Positions 37,231 to 47,896 are shown, counted from the first letter of the stretch. The stretch: DNA of 64,000 nucleotides from Bacillota bacterium (GCA_023435925.1 JAEZLF010000135.1:6768-70767); one strand, 5' to 3'. Numbers and translations: made by a program. The notes: generated by a model from the sequence alone, not told the origin.

Positions 37231-39873
37231 ATGATGGATCGTAATGCTGTGGCATATCCCTATTGGGATCCTGAGGTGCCGGTTGGGGAAAGAGTAAAGG
37301 ATCTTCTGAGCAGGATGACGCTTCTGGAAAAGGTGCGGCAGATGGATATGTATAATGGATCACATTTTACGGATAAGATGGATCCGGTTACGCATAAGTG
37401 CTCAAAAGATAGTCGTGTCCGGTGGGATAAGCTGAAGGAAATCATTGGGGAGGAAGGAATCGGATGCATTCATGACTTATATCCCCTTGATTCGTCCGTA
37501 CCGAATGAAATACAGAGATACTGCAGAGAACATACCCGTCTTGGAATCCCGGTCCTTATTTCGGAGGAGGCGCTACACGGCTTAAGCAGCCCGGGAAACA
37601 CCATATTCCCCCAGATGATTGCGCTGGCATCCACGTTTAACCGGAAGCTGGCAGAAAAGGTGGGAAAAGCTATTGCGTCTGAAATACGCTCGAAGGGCAT
37701 CCACTTAAGCTTTGCCCCGGTACTGGAAATATCAAGGGACCCAAGATGGGGCAGGACAGAGGAGACCTTTGGAGAAGATACATACCTGGCGGGGGAAATG
37801 GGTTTGAACATTGTCCGGGGAATGCAGGGAGAATCGCTGGCGTCAGATACAAGTATCGTAGCAGAGCCAAAGCATTTTGCCGTTCATTCAAAATCGGATG
37901 GAGGTTTGAACTGCGGACCGGTTTCAATTGGCGAGAGGGAAATTCGCAGAGACTATCTCCCCGTGTTCCGAAAAGCGATCGTTGAGGGGGGAGCTCTTTC
38001 CGTTATGTGTGCATACCATTCCATAGACGGTATTCCATGTGCGTCCAGTGAATGGCTTCTCAAGGATGTTCTTAGAAAGGAATGGGATTTCAAGGGGTTC
38101 GTATGTTCCGACCTTGGTGCGATCCAAAGGCTACATACTGTGCATAAAACTGCCGACACGCACACCGATGCCATCTGGCAGGCGATATCGTCCGGAGTTG
38201 ATATGCAATTCTATGATTATCCGAACGCCGATTTTCAGCATAAGCTCATACAGATGGTACAGGCCGGAGAACTTGACGAAGCAGAGATAGACCGGGCTGC
38301 GGGATCAGTGCTGTATGTAAAATTTATGCTGGGGTTATTTGAAAATCCATTTGTTGATACAGAACTTGCCGGGAAACTGACAAGATGCCAGGAGCATCTT
38401 GATATTGCCTTACAGGTGGCACGTGAATGCATCTGCCTGTTAAAAAATGATGGAATACTGCCGCTGGATACGCAAAAAGTCAGAAAAATCGCACTTATCG
38501 GACCAAATGCCATGGATACAAAGCTGGGAGATTACAGTGCGGAGACATTTGGGAACCATATTGCCACCGTGTATGAGGAACTGTCTGCTTTATTGCCTCC
38601 ATCGGTTACCCTTGTGGCGGAAAAGGGTGTTGAGGTCATTGAAGGCCAAATGGAGGCAATAAGGAGCAATGCGCTTTTCTCACCGGACCTTGGAGCAAAA
38701 GGATTGAAAGGCGAGTATTACAATGATATGGAGATGCGAGGAGAACCCGACCTGATCCGTATAGACGAGCAGATTGATTTTAACTTTATCATGAAGGTTC
38801 CTGGTGGTGCCATTAATGGCAATGAATTTGCAGTCCGCTGGACGGGCAATATCATTCTCAGACAGGATAAGGAGTGCTTAGTAGGCATATCCAGCATGGA
38901 CCGGGCCCGTCTATGGATCAATGAGGAACTGATATCGGAATGTGGCGATGAAATGTCAGCCGCATCAGGCAGCCGCATGTATCGGTTCCGTGCAGGAGAA
39001 GCTTACAGGGTAAAAATTGAGTATTTCAAGAAAAAGGGTGGAGGCGAGATCATTCGTCTGGGATGGGCGAGTAACTATCAGCAAATCGACCGGGCGGTCA
39101 AAATAGCATCGGAAAGTGATGTAGCCATTCTTGTATGCGGAGAGTCCGGAGATGTGTGCGGCGAGTCCCGCGACCGAAGAGAGCTTTCGCTGCCGGGGAG
39201 ACAGCTGGAGCTTTTGAAAGCGGTATGTTCGACAGGAAAACCGGTAGTCCTTGTATTGATGAATGGAAGACCTCTGACACTTACATGGGAAAATGAAAAT
39301 ACAGCAGCCATTGTCGAAAGCTGGTATCCGGGGGAGTTTGGCGCAAAAGCGATTGCTCAAACGCTTTTGGGACAGTGCTGTCCGTCGGGTAAGCTGCCAA
39401 TCAGCTTTCCGCGCAGTGTCGGACAGCTTCCTGTATATTACAATAGACCGGAAATTCGTGGAAAGGGCTATGTTGATGGCGATGCAAAACCACTTTTCAG
39501 CTTTGGTGATGGCCTGAGTTATGCTTCATTCAGGTATTCTGACCTTGTTATACAAGCGGAGGACTATACTGAGAACAGAGAAGTATCGGTGCAGGTGTGT
39601 GTGGAAAATATTAGTGATGTGGAGGGGATGGAAACTGTCCAGCTTTATGTAATAGATGAATATTCCAGTACAGTAAAGGGCGCTGCCGATCTGAAGTGCT
39701 TTGAAAAAATTACCCTGAAGCCGCACCAGTCTAAAATAATTCGGTTCAAGCTTGGGGATGAGGCGCTTTCAACACTTGGCAAAGACATGGTATGGAGGGT
39801 CGAACCCGGATGGTTCCGTATACTGGTGGGGGGCAATCTGAATGACTGTCTGCAGGGACGGTTTAAAATATAA
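37231..39873 (+). CDS. GH3 beta-glucosidase-family enzyme with inserted PA14 domain
   Basis: GH3 motifs (RDPRWGR, KHFAVHS, GFVCSDLGA) and a PA14-like insert (GLKGEYYND...FAVRWTG). Confidence 0.9.
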   Translation: MMDRNAVAYPYWDPEVPVGERVKDLLSRMTLLEKVRQMDMYNGSHFTDKMDPVTHKCSKDSRVRWDKLKEIIGEEGIGCIHDLYPLDSSVPNEIQRYCREHTRLGIPVLISEEALHGLSSPGNTIFPQMIALASTFNRKLAEKVGKAIASEIRSKGIHLSFAPVLEISRDPRWGRTEETFGEDTYLAGEMGLNIVRGMQGESLASDTSIVAEPKHFAVHSKSDGGLNCGPVSIGEREIRRDYLPVFRKAIVEGGALSVMCAYHSIDGIPCASSEWLLKDVLRKEWDFKGFVCSDLGAIQRLHTVHKTADTHTDAIWQAISSGVDMQFYDYPNADFQHKLIQMVQAGELDEAEIDRAAGSVLYVKFMLGLFENPFVDTELAGKLTRCQEHLDIALQVARECICLLKNDGILPLDTQKVRKIALIGPNAMDTKLGDYSAETFGNHIATVYEELSALLPPSVTLVAEKGVEVIEGQMEAIRSNALFSPDLGAKGLKGEYYNDMEMRGEPDLIRIDEQIDFNFIMKVPGGAINGNEFAVRWTGNIILRQDKECLVGISSMDRARLWINEELISECGDEMSAASGSRMYRFRAGEAYRVKIEYFKKKGGGEIIRLGWASNYQQIDRAVKIASESDVAILVCGESGDVCGESRDRRELSLPGRQLELLKAVCSTGKPVVLVLMNGRPLTLTWENENTAAIVESWYPGEFGAKAIAQTLLGQCCPSGKLPISFPRSVGQLPVYYNRPEIRGKGYVDGDAKPLFSFGDGLSYASFRYSDLVIQAEDYTENREVSVQVCVENISDVEGMETVQLYVIDEYSSTVKGAADLKCFEKITLKPHQSKIIRFKLGDEALSTLGKDMVWRVEPGWFRILVGGNLNDCLQGRFKI

Positions 39874-40022
39874 AAGATGTAAACGGTTGTAATTGTTTGC
39901 GAAATGCTATAGAATAAAGGACATAGATTTGTTATATGTTTATTGGTCGAAAAGCAAGTTTTCCCTAGTATTTTATATTAATCCCGGGAAAATTGGGACA
40001 TAAATTGGGTGTGGGTGAAAAA

Positions 40023-41114
40023 ATGAGTAAGAACTTGAAGTATATGGTAGTGTACAATTATTTTCTGGGCCTGATCAAATCGGATGCGCTTAAGCCGGGA
40101 GACAGACTTCCTACGGAATCTGAAATAGAAGAGCAGTTCCATGTAAGCAGGATCACTGTGGTGAACGCTTTGAACAAGCTGGAAAAGGATCATTTTATCA
40201 AACGCGTGCAGGGCAGTGGGTCTTTTGTGATGGAAAAGGATTTTCAGACAGAGGATGTCATGAAGCTTGTTGCGCTGGTCATCTCTTTCAAAGGACAGGG
40301 TCGTGAGATCAATCTGATTGAAAGCATCGAGGATCAGTTCAGCCGTTCCGGATACAGTCTACTGATAAAAAACTCCAACAATGATCCGGAAAATGAGAGG
40401 CAGATCATTGAAAACCTCAAGCATACGGTCAGCGGAATTATTTTGTATCCGGCTTCTCCATTGGAAACCATGCCGCTCCACCGTGAACTGTTTCGTGAAC
40501 AATATCCGATTGTATATTTGGACCGTTATCCGCTTAGCGTACCATCCAGTTATGTCGTTTCGGATAATTACTCGGGCGGGTATGAAATAGGTAAATATTT
40601 GGTTGAGAATGGATGCGAGCAATTCATACTTATTTTCCACGACACGATGTTTCTGACGTCTGAGCGGGATCGCATAGACGGATTTATGAGAGCTATGTCC
40701 GAGAGCAATGTTTCAAAAAACAATATTGCAATTTTGGAAAGCGGTCTGAAAGGTATTCCTGAGATCAATAACGCTTGCGACCGCCTCGAGGAGTCCTTGC
40801 GCAAAGGGCACAAAACGGCAATCTTTACATGCAACGATACATTTGCTTACCGTATTATGAACGTGATAAAAGACAGGGAACTTGACCGGCTGGATTTATT
40901 TATCATTGCGGGATTCGACGATCTTGACAGCGAACCGGTTACCTTGCCTTTTGTCACGATCCGCCAGGATTATGCAATTATAGGGAAGCAAGCTTCGATG
41001 CTGCTTCTGAGGAAAATTGAAGATAATAATTTTTCCGATGAGCATCAAATTATTCCCGTCCGACTCATAACAAGAAGCTCCCTCAGGAAAACAGACAGAA
41101 AGTATAATTCCTGA
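40023..41114 (+). CDS. AraR-type regulator (GntR HTH fused to a LacI/PBP-type sugar-binding domain)
   Basis: N-terminal GntR HTH (LPTESEIEEQFHVSRITVVNALNKLEKD). The C-terminal periplasmic-binding-protein-like fold resembles LacI/GalR effector domains. Confidence 0.85.
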   Translation: MSKNLKYMVVYNYFLGLIKSDALKPGDRLPTESEIEEQFHVSRITVVNALNKLEKDHFIKRVQGSGSFVMEKDFQTEDVMKLVALVISFKGQGREINLIESIEDQFSRSGYSLLIKNSNNDPENERQIIENLKHTVSGIILYPASPLETMPLHRELFREQYPIVYLDRYPLSVPSSYVVSDNYSGGYEIGKYLVENGCEQFILIFHDTMFLTSERDRIDGFMRAMSESNVSKNNIAILESGLKGIPEINNACDRLEESLRKGHKTAIFTCNDTFAYRIMNVIKDRELDRLDLFIIAGFDDLDSEPVTLPFVTIRQDYAIIGKQASMLLLRKIEDNNFSDEHQIIPVRLITRSSLRKTDRKYNS

Positions 41115-41225
41115 TAGCAAATCCTAAGCAGAGGATGTCCTGATAGAGCTGGAAGCTGATTGAAATACTTTATACTGGAATAAAAAAATGAAATTGAAGG
41201 ATTAAAACAAATCAAAATACAGGGG

Positions 41226-41253
41226 AATGTATCATTGCAAAATATGATACATT
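41226..41253. promoter_or_regulatory. candidate operator: perfect 10-bp inverted repeat AATGTATCAT-N8-ATGATACATT
   Basis: Lies about 130 nt upstream of the lyase gene. A third TGTATCA half-site sits at 41261-41267. A TGTA...TACA core is typical of GntR/AraR-type operators. Confidence 0.5.
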
Positions 41254-41383
41254 TCAATACTGTATCAACATGAGTGATCTTCTTTATTAACGCAATATTA
41301 TCAAAAAACAATAAGAAATGCTTAAATCGCAGTAATACGCGCTGTATTCCGGTTTGAAAACTTTACTTAAACGAGGTAGAAAA

Positions 41384-42283
41384 ATGAGAAAATTATATGG
41401 AGTAACAACAGCGATGGTCACTCCGATCGACAGCAGCGGAAGGGTTGATCTGGAAGCGGTTTGTGCCTTAGCTGAGTTTTTGGTCGCCAAGGGAGTCAAT
41501 TGCTTATACCCGCTTGGCACAACGGGTGAGATGATAAGATTAAGTGTGCAAGAGCGCATGCTGGTTGCAGAAGCGGTTATAAAACAGGCTGCAGGCCGTG
41601 TAACAGTTTATATACATTGCGGCGGATTGCGGCAGGATGAAACGATATTATTGATGAAGCATGCGGAGAGTATTGGAGCTGACGGGGTTGGTGTGGTCAC
41701 TCCCATATATTTGGGGGTTGATTCTCGAGAAATGGAGCGCTTTTACATATCTGTATCTAACAGTGTTTCACAAAGCTTTCCTGTTTATTTATATAATATT
41801 CCTCAATGTGCGGCAAATGATTTACAAACCGGCAGCATAGAAAAGATTATAACGGAATGCCCCAATGTTGTGGGTATTAAATATAGTTATGCTGACATGA
41901 TTCGCACTCTGGAGTATTTAAATATAAACGGTGGCGGTTTCTCGGTATTGCACGGCTGTGACCGATTATTCTTACCAACATTATCCATGGGGTGCGACGG
42001 TGTTGTATCAGGCATTTCTGGAGTATATCCGGAACCGTTTGTCGCATTGTATAAAGCATGGCTTGCAGGAGATATTGAAGAATCGATGCGGCAGCAAAAA
42101 ATAGCCAACCGATTTATCAGTGCTCTTCGCAATGGAAGTAACATGGCTTATTTTAAGACAGCGCTTGAGCATCGCAATATCAGAGCGGGTCATATGCGTG
42201 AACCACAGTTGGATCTCACACAGGAAGAAGGCATGAAATTACTTACTGAACTATATGAACTGGAAGAAGCATATCTGAAATAG
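41384..42283 (+). CDS. DapA/NanA-family class I aldolase (N-acetylneuraminate lyase / KDG aldolase-like)
   Basis: Start at ATG 41384 (GAGGT RBS). Motifs GTTGE, Schiff-base lysine context VVGIKYS, Y-containing YNIP. Confidence 0.85.
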   Translation: MRKLYGVTTAMVTPIDSSGRVDLEAVCALAEFLVAKGVNCLYPLGTTGEMIRLSVQERMLVAEAVIKQAAGRVTVYIHCGGLRQDETILLMKHAESIGADGVGVVTPIYLGVDSREMERFYISVSNSVSQSFPVYLYNIPQCAANDLQTGSIEKIITECPNVVGIKYSYADMIRTLEYLNINGGGFSVLHGCDRLFLPTLSMGCDGVVSGISGVYPEPFVALYKAWLAGDIEESMRQQKIANRFISALRNGSNMAYFKTALEHRNIRAGHMREPQLDLTQEEGMKLLTELYELEEAYLK

Positions 42284-42335
42284 AGTCGCTGGCTGTACTG
42301 CCAGGATAGGAAAAACCTGAATATGGAGGAGTGTA

Positions 42336-44747
42336 ATGATGATTGACTTATCTAAAATAAATGTACTGTTGCCTATACATGCAAGCGATTTTGAAAAGCG
42401 AGTCACTGAGATGTTTGTGGAAGAGGTCCTGCTGCGTGCTGATGTGAAGCTACCCGTTACAACGGCATCTGTGCTGCCGGTAAACGGAAGCTATATCCTA
42501 TTCAGTACGTTTCATACATTAGACAGACAGTATCCCGGGTGGTCTATCAATCTTTCCGGCTTGCCACACCCGGGTGACGAGGGTTTCTGCGTTTATTTAT
42601 CCCATAATGCCGGCACACAAATAATCATTGCCGGTGCAGACGAACGAGGTTGTTTGTACGGAATGGCGCGTGTCTTGAGAAAACTCACCTTAAAAAATGG
42701 CAGAGTGGAGCTCCCGGATGATTTTTCATGTATCTCCGTCACGCCATCATTTCCCCTTCGCGGGCATCAGCTGGCTTACCGTGATAAGAACAATACTTTA
42801 CCGGCATGGGACGTGGAGGATTTTGACCGATATATCAGGGATTTAGCGCTGTTCGGTTCAAACGCCATAGAGCTCTTGCCGCCCCGCACCGATGATAACT
42901 TATTTTCACAGCATTTTAAACGAGACCCCTTTGAGATGATGATTAAACTTGCGCATATCATCCATTCCTACGGCATGGATGTATGGCTATGGTATCCGAA
43001 TGTTGGAGATGATTATTCCGACCCGGTCAAATATCAGGAGGAACTGGATGAGCGAGAAAAAATATTTTCTGCGATCCCTTACCTCAATGGTGTACTTGTA
43101 CCTGCCGGTGACCCGGGAGAATTGAACCCCGTAGATTTTTTCAAGGTTACGGGTGACAGCATGAAAATCCTTCACAAGTATCATCCGGATGCCAGGGTAT
43201 GGGTAGCGCCCGTATGTTTTGAACCGGAAGAGGATAAATGGCATCAGGAATTCTATGGGGAATTGGATAAACAGCCGGACTGGTTATATGGTGTCAGTCT
43301 GGCACCATGGATACCCGAAACACTGCAAGAGCTTTATGATCGCATTCCTCAACTGTATAAGGGACGTATCCGCAATTATCCTGATATTACACACAGCTCA
43401 AGCAGTATGTTTGAAATGCCTGATTGGGACTATCCCCTGGCGGCTACTCTTGGTCGCGAGGGATACAATGCGCGTCCGAATGCAATGAAGCAGATACATA
43501 ATTTATATGAACCCTACACGATCGGATCTATCACTTATAGCGAAGGTTTGAACGATGATGTCAATAAAATGATTTGGGGAGATCAGGATTTTTGCTTTGG
43601 CATGGATGTTCGTGAGACCCTGGAGGATTACGTAAGACTGTTTATCGATCCGGATATTGTAAAAGAGCTTTCAGGTCTTCTGCTTGCATTAGAGGATAAC
43701 TGGAAGGGGGAAATTACGAATAATGCAAATATTGATCAGGTATACGAACGTTTTATTGAGTTAGAGAAAAAGGTATGCCAGTCAACACGTGACAATTATC
43801 GGTTTAAAATGGCACTGCTGAGAGCAGTCAGTGATTATCAGACAAAAGTACGCTTTATTTATGACACGGAAATGGAAAGACTTGCCATAGATGAACTTGG
43901 AAGGGCTGCGGAAGTTGGTGCGGACTGTGCGGTTTATAAGGCAAAGAGGATACTGCTTAATACATTTGAGGAACCGATTCGGGAGGACCTGCGCCATAAA
44001 ATGCAAAAATTGGCGGATGAGCTTTTCGAAACTCCGAATTGCCATATACAGCTCACCACGGCCAGGCACGGAGGTCAGTCATGGAGACGTGGAGCTTATC
44101 TGGACTCGCTTGATTTTCCGCTCAATGATTATCAATGGTATACACAGCATTTCAAACGGATTCTGAAGCTTGAAAATGAACAGGAGAAGTTATCCTATAT
44201 CAATTGGCTGTTGAAACGTAATGACCCGGGGGAAGGCGGCTTCTATGCTTGTCTTGGTGATCTGGACAGTTTCCGGCAGCATGTTATAAGAGACTATACA
44301 TGGGAGCAGGATCCATCATTTTTGCGAACGCCTGTCGTGTGCATATGGCCTGGTGTGATCGGAAGGCACTTTCATCGCATGCGGGGCTGGTATGATGAAT
44401 ACCCGATGGCTGTATCGTGGCTCAAATGTGCCCGCGTATTGTATGGAACACCACTGAAGGTAAGGTTTGAGGGATTAGCTCCGGGTGCCTGTTACCGTGT
44501 TCGTGTAACATATCCTCTATTTTCGGTACCGAACGAGTTTGAACGTCTTTATTTTAATATGTATGCAGGAGATTCTCTGATTCACGAATACATAGACCGG
44601 GATAAGGAGAATAAAAACAATCCGATATTTGAGTTTGACCTTCCGCAAGAGAGCTATCAGGACGGTAATCTTCTGTTAACATGGCGCGCGCATAAGGTTT
44701 TGCTTCCGCTTAACGTGAGTGAGATTTTAATTTATAAGCTGCCGTAA
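42336..44747 (+). CDS. 803-aa putative glycoside hydrolase, family unassigned
   Basis: No signal peptide. An N-terminal alpha/beta-like region precedes a segment (RGHQLAYRDKNNTLPAWDVEDFDRYIRDLALFGSNAIELL) that resembles the start of TIM-barrel glycosidases such as the NAGLU/GH20b-associated folds. I see no confident family motif. Confidence 0.35.
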   Translation: MMIDLSKINVLLPIHASDFEKRVTEMFVEEVLLRADVKLPVTTASVLPVNGSYILFSTFHTLDRQYPGWSINLSGLPHPGDEGFCVYLSHNAGTQIIIAGADERGCLYGMARVLRKLTLKNGRVELPDDFSCISVTPSFPLRGHQLAYRDKNNTLPAWDVEDFDRYIRDLALFGSNAIELLPPRTDDNLFSQHFKRDPFEMMIKLAHIIHSYGMDVWLWYPNVGDDYSDPVKYQEELDEREKIFSAIPYLNGVLVPAGDPGELNPVDFFKVTGDSMKILHKYHPDARVWVAPVCFEPEEDKWHQEFYGELDKQPDWLYGVSLAPWIPETLQELYDRIPQLYKGRIRNYPDITHSSSSMFEMPDWDYPLAATLGREGYNARPNAMKQIHNLYEPYTIGSITYSEGLNDDVNKMIWGDQDFCFGMDVRETLEDYVRLFIDPDIVKELSGLLLALEDNWKGEITNNANIDQVYERFIELEKKVCQSTRDNYRFKMALLRAVSDYQTKVRFIYDTEMERLAIDELGRAAEVGADCAVYKAKRILLNTFEEPIREDLRHKMQKLADELFETPNCHIQLTTARHGGQSWRRGAYLDSLDFPLNDYQWYTQHFKRILKLENEQEKLSYINWLLKRNDPGEGGFYACLGDLDSFRQHVIRDYTWEQDPSFLRTPVVCIWPGVIGRHFHRMRGWYDEYPMAVSWLKCARVLYGTPLKVRFEGLAPGACYRVRVTYPLFSVPNEFERLYFNMYAGDSLIHEYIDRDKENKNNPIFEFDLPQESYQDGNLLLTWRAHKVLLPLNVSEILIYKLP

Positions 44748-44798
44748 CAGCAGAAAATCGTACTGTATAAAGCATACTATTGAAAATAGGAGGTAACG

Positions 44799-45806
44799 AT
44801 GCAAAGAATAATTAACGACCCGGACATGGTAGTAGAGGATATGCTAAAAGGGTTTCTGAAGAGCCGTAACGATATTGTCAGCATTTCGGAAAACGGCCGT
44901 GTTGTTAAAAGAAGGAATGCACCCATAACCGGAAAGGTCGGAATTGTAACCGGAGGCGGCTCCGGACATAAGCCCGCGTTTATTGGTTATATCGGAGAAA
45001 ACCTGGTCGATGCCGTTGCTGTTGGTGAGATTTTTTCATCTCCAACTGCCAAAGCTTTTTATGAAGCCTTCCGGGCAGCGGACGGCGGCAAGGGCGTTGC
45101 TTGCCTGTATGGAAATTATGCAGGAGACAACATGAATGTAAAGATGGCGATGAAACGTGCAGCTAATGATGGGATAGAAGTGAAATGCGTTATTGCAAAC
45201 GATGATGTTGCCTCTGCACCTAAAGATGAACGAGAAAAGCGCCGCGGCGTTGCGGGCGAAATTATGATGTGGAAGATCGGCGGAGCTAAAGCTTCTATGG
45301 GTGGAAGCCTGGATGAGGTTATCAGAGTATCCCAAAAAGCGATTGATAATTGCCGGAGCATGGGTATAGGACTCTCGCCATGTACTATACCCGCAGTTGG
45401 CAAACCCCACTTTTCAATTGAACAGGGGACGATGGAGGTTGGTATTGGACACCATGGCGAACCTGGTATTCAAGTGCTTCCGATCGGGACTGCAGCAGAG
45501 ATAGCTAAAATAATGACAGATACCATTATACCGGATTATCCGCTGGCGGGAGGAGAAGAGGTAGCGGTCATTGTATCCGGTCTTGGCGCTACCTCGCTCA
45601 TGGAGTTATTCATTTTATATCAGGAAATAGATGAAATTCTGGCGCAGAAAGATATCCGGATCTATCGGAATTATGTTGGCAATTATTTTACTTCATTGGA
45701 TATGATGGGTGTAACACTTACACTGATGAAACTTGACGATGAGCTAAAAACACTTCTGGATACTGAATGTGAAAGCATGGGAATTACACAGATAAAAAGG
45801 CGGTGA
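44799..45806 (+). CDS. dhaK: dihydroxyacetone-kinase family, DhaK subunit
   Basis: Motifs GGGSGHKPAF and the conserved Dak1 core. Confidence 0.9.
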   Translation: MQRIINDPDMVVEDMLKGFLKSRNDIVSISENGRVVKRRNAPITGKVGIVTGGGSGHKPAFIGYIGENLVDAVAVGEIFSSPTAKAFYEAFRAADGGKGVACLYGNYAGDNMNVKMAMKRAANDGIEVKCVIANDDVASAPKDEREKRRGVAGEIMMWKIGGAKASMGGSLDEVIRVSQKAIDNCRSMGIGLSPCTIPAVGKPHFSIEQGTMEVGIGHHGEPGIQVLPIGTAAEIAKIMTDTIIPDYPLAGGEEVAVIVSGLGATSLMELFILYQEIDEILAQKDIRIYRNYVGNYFTSLDMMGVTLTLMKLDDELKTLLDTECESMGITQIKRR

Positions 45807-45810
45807 AACC

Positions 45811-46446
45811 ATGGTAATACCGGCTAATAAAGGAAAACGTGTGGTACAAGCATTGATTCGTGCCATCGTCACCAATCGTGATTATCTAAGTCAGGTAGAT
45901 GGGCTGATTGGCGATGGAGATCATGGCGTTAATATGAGTAAGGGCTTTGAGATGGCAGGAAAAAGACTCACAGAGGACAGCTTTGAAAAAGCTTTCGAAA
46001 CACTGGGTTTGACTCTGCTGGATGATATCGGGGGGTCAATGGGGCCGTTATATGGGAGTTTATTCTTAGGTATGTCAGGTGTTGACACGATGGATGGTGT
46101 TAGCAAAGAGACTTTTGGCGAGATGCTCCTTGCTGCCCAAAGAGAAGTTGAAGCAATCAGTCCTGCTCGGCCAGGGGATAAAACCCTTATGGATGTGCTG
46201 GTACCTGCTGTGAAAGCGTACCGGGAAGCAATTAGCGTGGGAAAAGACTTTAGTGATTGTTTACGCCTCATGAAACAGGCTGCAGAGACAGGAAGGGATT
46301 CAACACGTGATATGGTTGCGAAGATCGGAAGAGCCAGCCGTCTGGGCGAGAGATCACGTGGAGTACTGGATGCCGGCGCGGCCTCCTGTTGTATTGTGCT
46401 TACTGTAATTGCAGGTGAATTAAACCAAATATTAATGGAGGGTTGA
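45811..46446 (+). CDS. dhaL: dihydroxyacetone-kinase family, DhaL (ADP/ATP-binding) subunit
   Basis: Dak2 motifs GDGDHGVNM, DKTLMD and the SRLGERS region. Starts 4 nt after dhaK. Confidence 0.9.
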   Translation: MVIPANKGKRVVQALIRAIVTNRDYLSQVDGLIGDGDHGVNMSKGFEMAGKRLTEDSFEKAFETLGLTLLDDIGGSMGPLYGSLFLGMSGVDTMDGVSKETFGEMLLAAQREVEAISPARPGDKTLMDVLVPAVKAYREAISVGKDFSDCLRLMKQAAETGRDSTRDMVAKIGRASRLGERSRGVLDAGAASCCIVLTVIAGELNQILMEG

Positions 46447-46448
46447 AA

Positions 46449-47858
46449 ATGATAAGAAGACCTAAAATCGGTGTTTTGGGATTTTCGGACGGTGATCCTG
46501 AAGTACATGAACAATTAAAAGATATTGTACAAAAGCAAATGGATGCGATTGTACAAGCATTGAAAGATAGTGGTCAGGTGGATATCGTTACCGGAAGAAC
46601 ATTGGTATGTTCGGCAGAAACAGCGAAATCCCAAGCGCAGTACCTTGCCAGCCAGAATGTAGATGGAACAATCTTTTCTTATGGTGTGTTTGCATTCCCG
46701 AATTTTTCTGCGATTGCGGCACAGTTTGGAAAAGGGCCGTTTTTGTTAGCTGCAAATCTGAACCAGGAGTGGCCGGGTATGGTATCAATGCTAGCAGCCG
46801 GAGGGGCGCTGCATCATCTGGGAATTGAACATTTTCGTGCCAGCGGCGATATAAATGAACCGGATGTATTAAATGAATATTTGAAATTTTCGCGCTGTGC
46901 AATGGTCGCGAGCGGCTTACAAGGGCAAAAATATGGTCTGATCGGCGGCCGCAGCCTTGGTATGTATAGCGCTGTTGTCAGTATGCAGGACTGGCAGAAA
47001 AAGTTTGGAATCGATGTTGATCATCTCGACCAGAGCGAGATATTGCGTATTGCTGCCGACATCTCTGAGGAGCAAGTCGAAAAGGCATACCAGTGGCTGC
47101 TGGACAATGTTGGAGATATCCGATTTGATGGAGACCGTCTGAAGCCGGAAAGCTTAAAGAAACAGATCCGTCATTACGAGGCGACGAAACGAATTATTGC
47201 ACAGCATAACTATGATTTCATCGGTGTAAAATGTCACTATGAAATGAGCCGCCATCATTGCACACAATGCTTGTCGGCAGCTTTTTGCAATGACCCTTAC
47301 GATTGGGATGGACCCAAAGAACCTGTTGTTATGGCATGTGAAGCCGATTCGGACGCAGCGCTTACAATGCAGATATTAAAGATGCTATCCGGGGGGCCGG
47401 TAGTATTTATGGATGTCCGTCATTACGACAAGGAGTACAATGTCATGGTATTTTGTAATTGCGGTTCTCAGTCTACATGGTATGCAGGCTGCTCGGATGA
47501 TCCGAAGGAAAATCTGAAAAATGTAACATTGTATCCTTGCCTCGAAATTTATGCAGGCGGCGGTGCACATGTTAACTTAATGACACGGCCTGGAAAAGCA
47601 ACCATAGCGCGCTTAAATCGTACAGAAGGCAAATATCGAATGACCATTATACCCGCTGAATTTGTTGAGCTTCCGCGGGAGAAAATGGCGGAAACTACAG
47701 AGGAATGGCCACACGTATTTGCAAAGCTGCCGTTTGATCACAAGGTATTTCTGGATAAATTTGATGCCAACCATTGTCATGCTATATATGGCGATTGGGG
47801 CAAAGACATTGAGATGATTTGTAAAATGCTGGACATAGAAGTTGAATGGCTTTCATAA
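46449..47858 (+). CDS. L-fucose/L-arabinose isomerase-family protein (short, ~470 aa type)
   Basis: ATG 46449 lies 6 nt after GGAGGG and directly follows the dhaL stop. The fold-family call rests on overall FucI-C-like sequence character and is weaker than the call for fucI at 50948. Confidence 0.7.
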   Translation: MIRRPKIGVLGFSDGDPEVHEQLKDIVQKQMDAIVQALKDSGQVDIVTGRTLVCSAETAKSQAQYLASQNVDGTIFSYGVFAFPNFSAIAAQFGKGPFLLAANLNQEWPGMVSMLAAGGALHHLGIEHFRASGDINEPDVLNEYLKFSRCAMVASGLQGQKYGLIGGRSLGMYSAVVSMQDWQKKFGIDVDHLDQSEILRIAADISEEQVEKAYQWLLDNVGDIRFDGDRLKPESLKKQIRHYEATKRIIAQHNYDFIGVKCHYEMSRHHCTQCLSAAFCNDPYDWDGPKEPVVMACEADSDAALTMQILKMLSGGPVVFMDVRHYDKEYNVMVFCNCGSQSTWYAGCSDDPKENLKNVTLYPCLEIYAGGGAHVNLMTRPGKATIARLNRTEGKYRMTIIPAEFVELPREKMAETTEEWPHVFAKLPFDHKVFLDKFDANHCHAIYGDWGKDIEMICKMLDIEVEWLS

Positions 47859-47896
47859 AATGATTTGTTTGCCCTAAATTGACATAAGGAGGTAGA

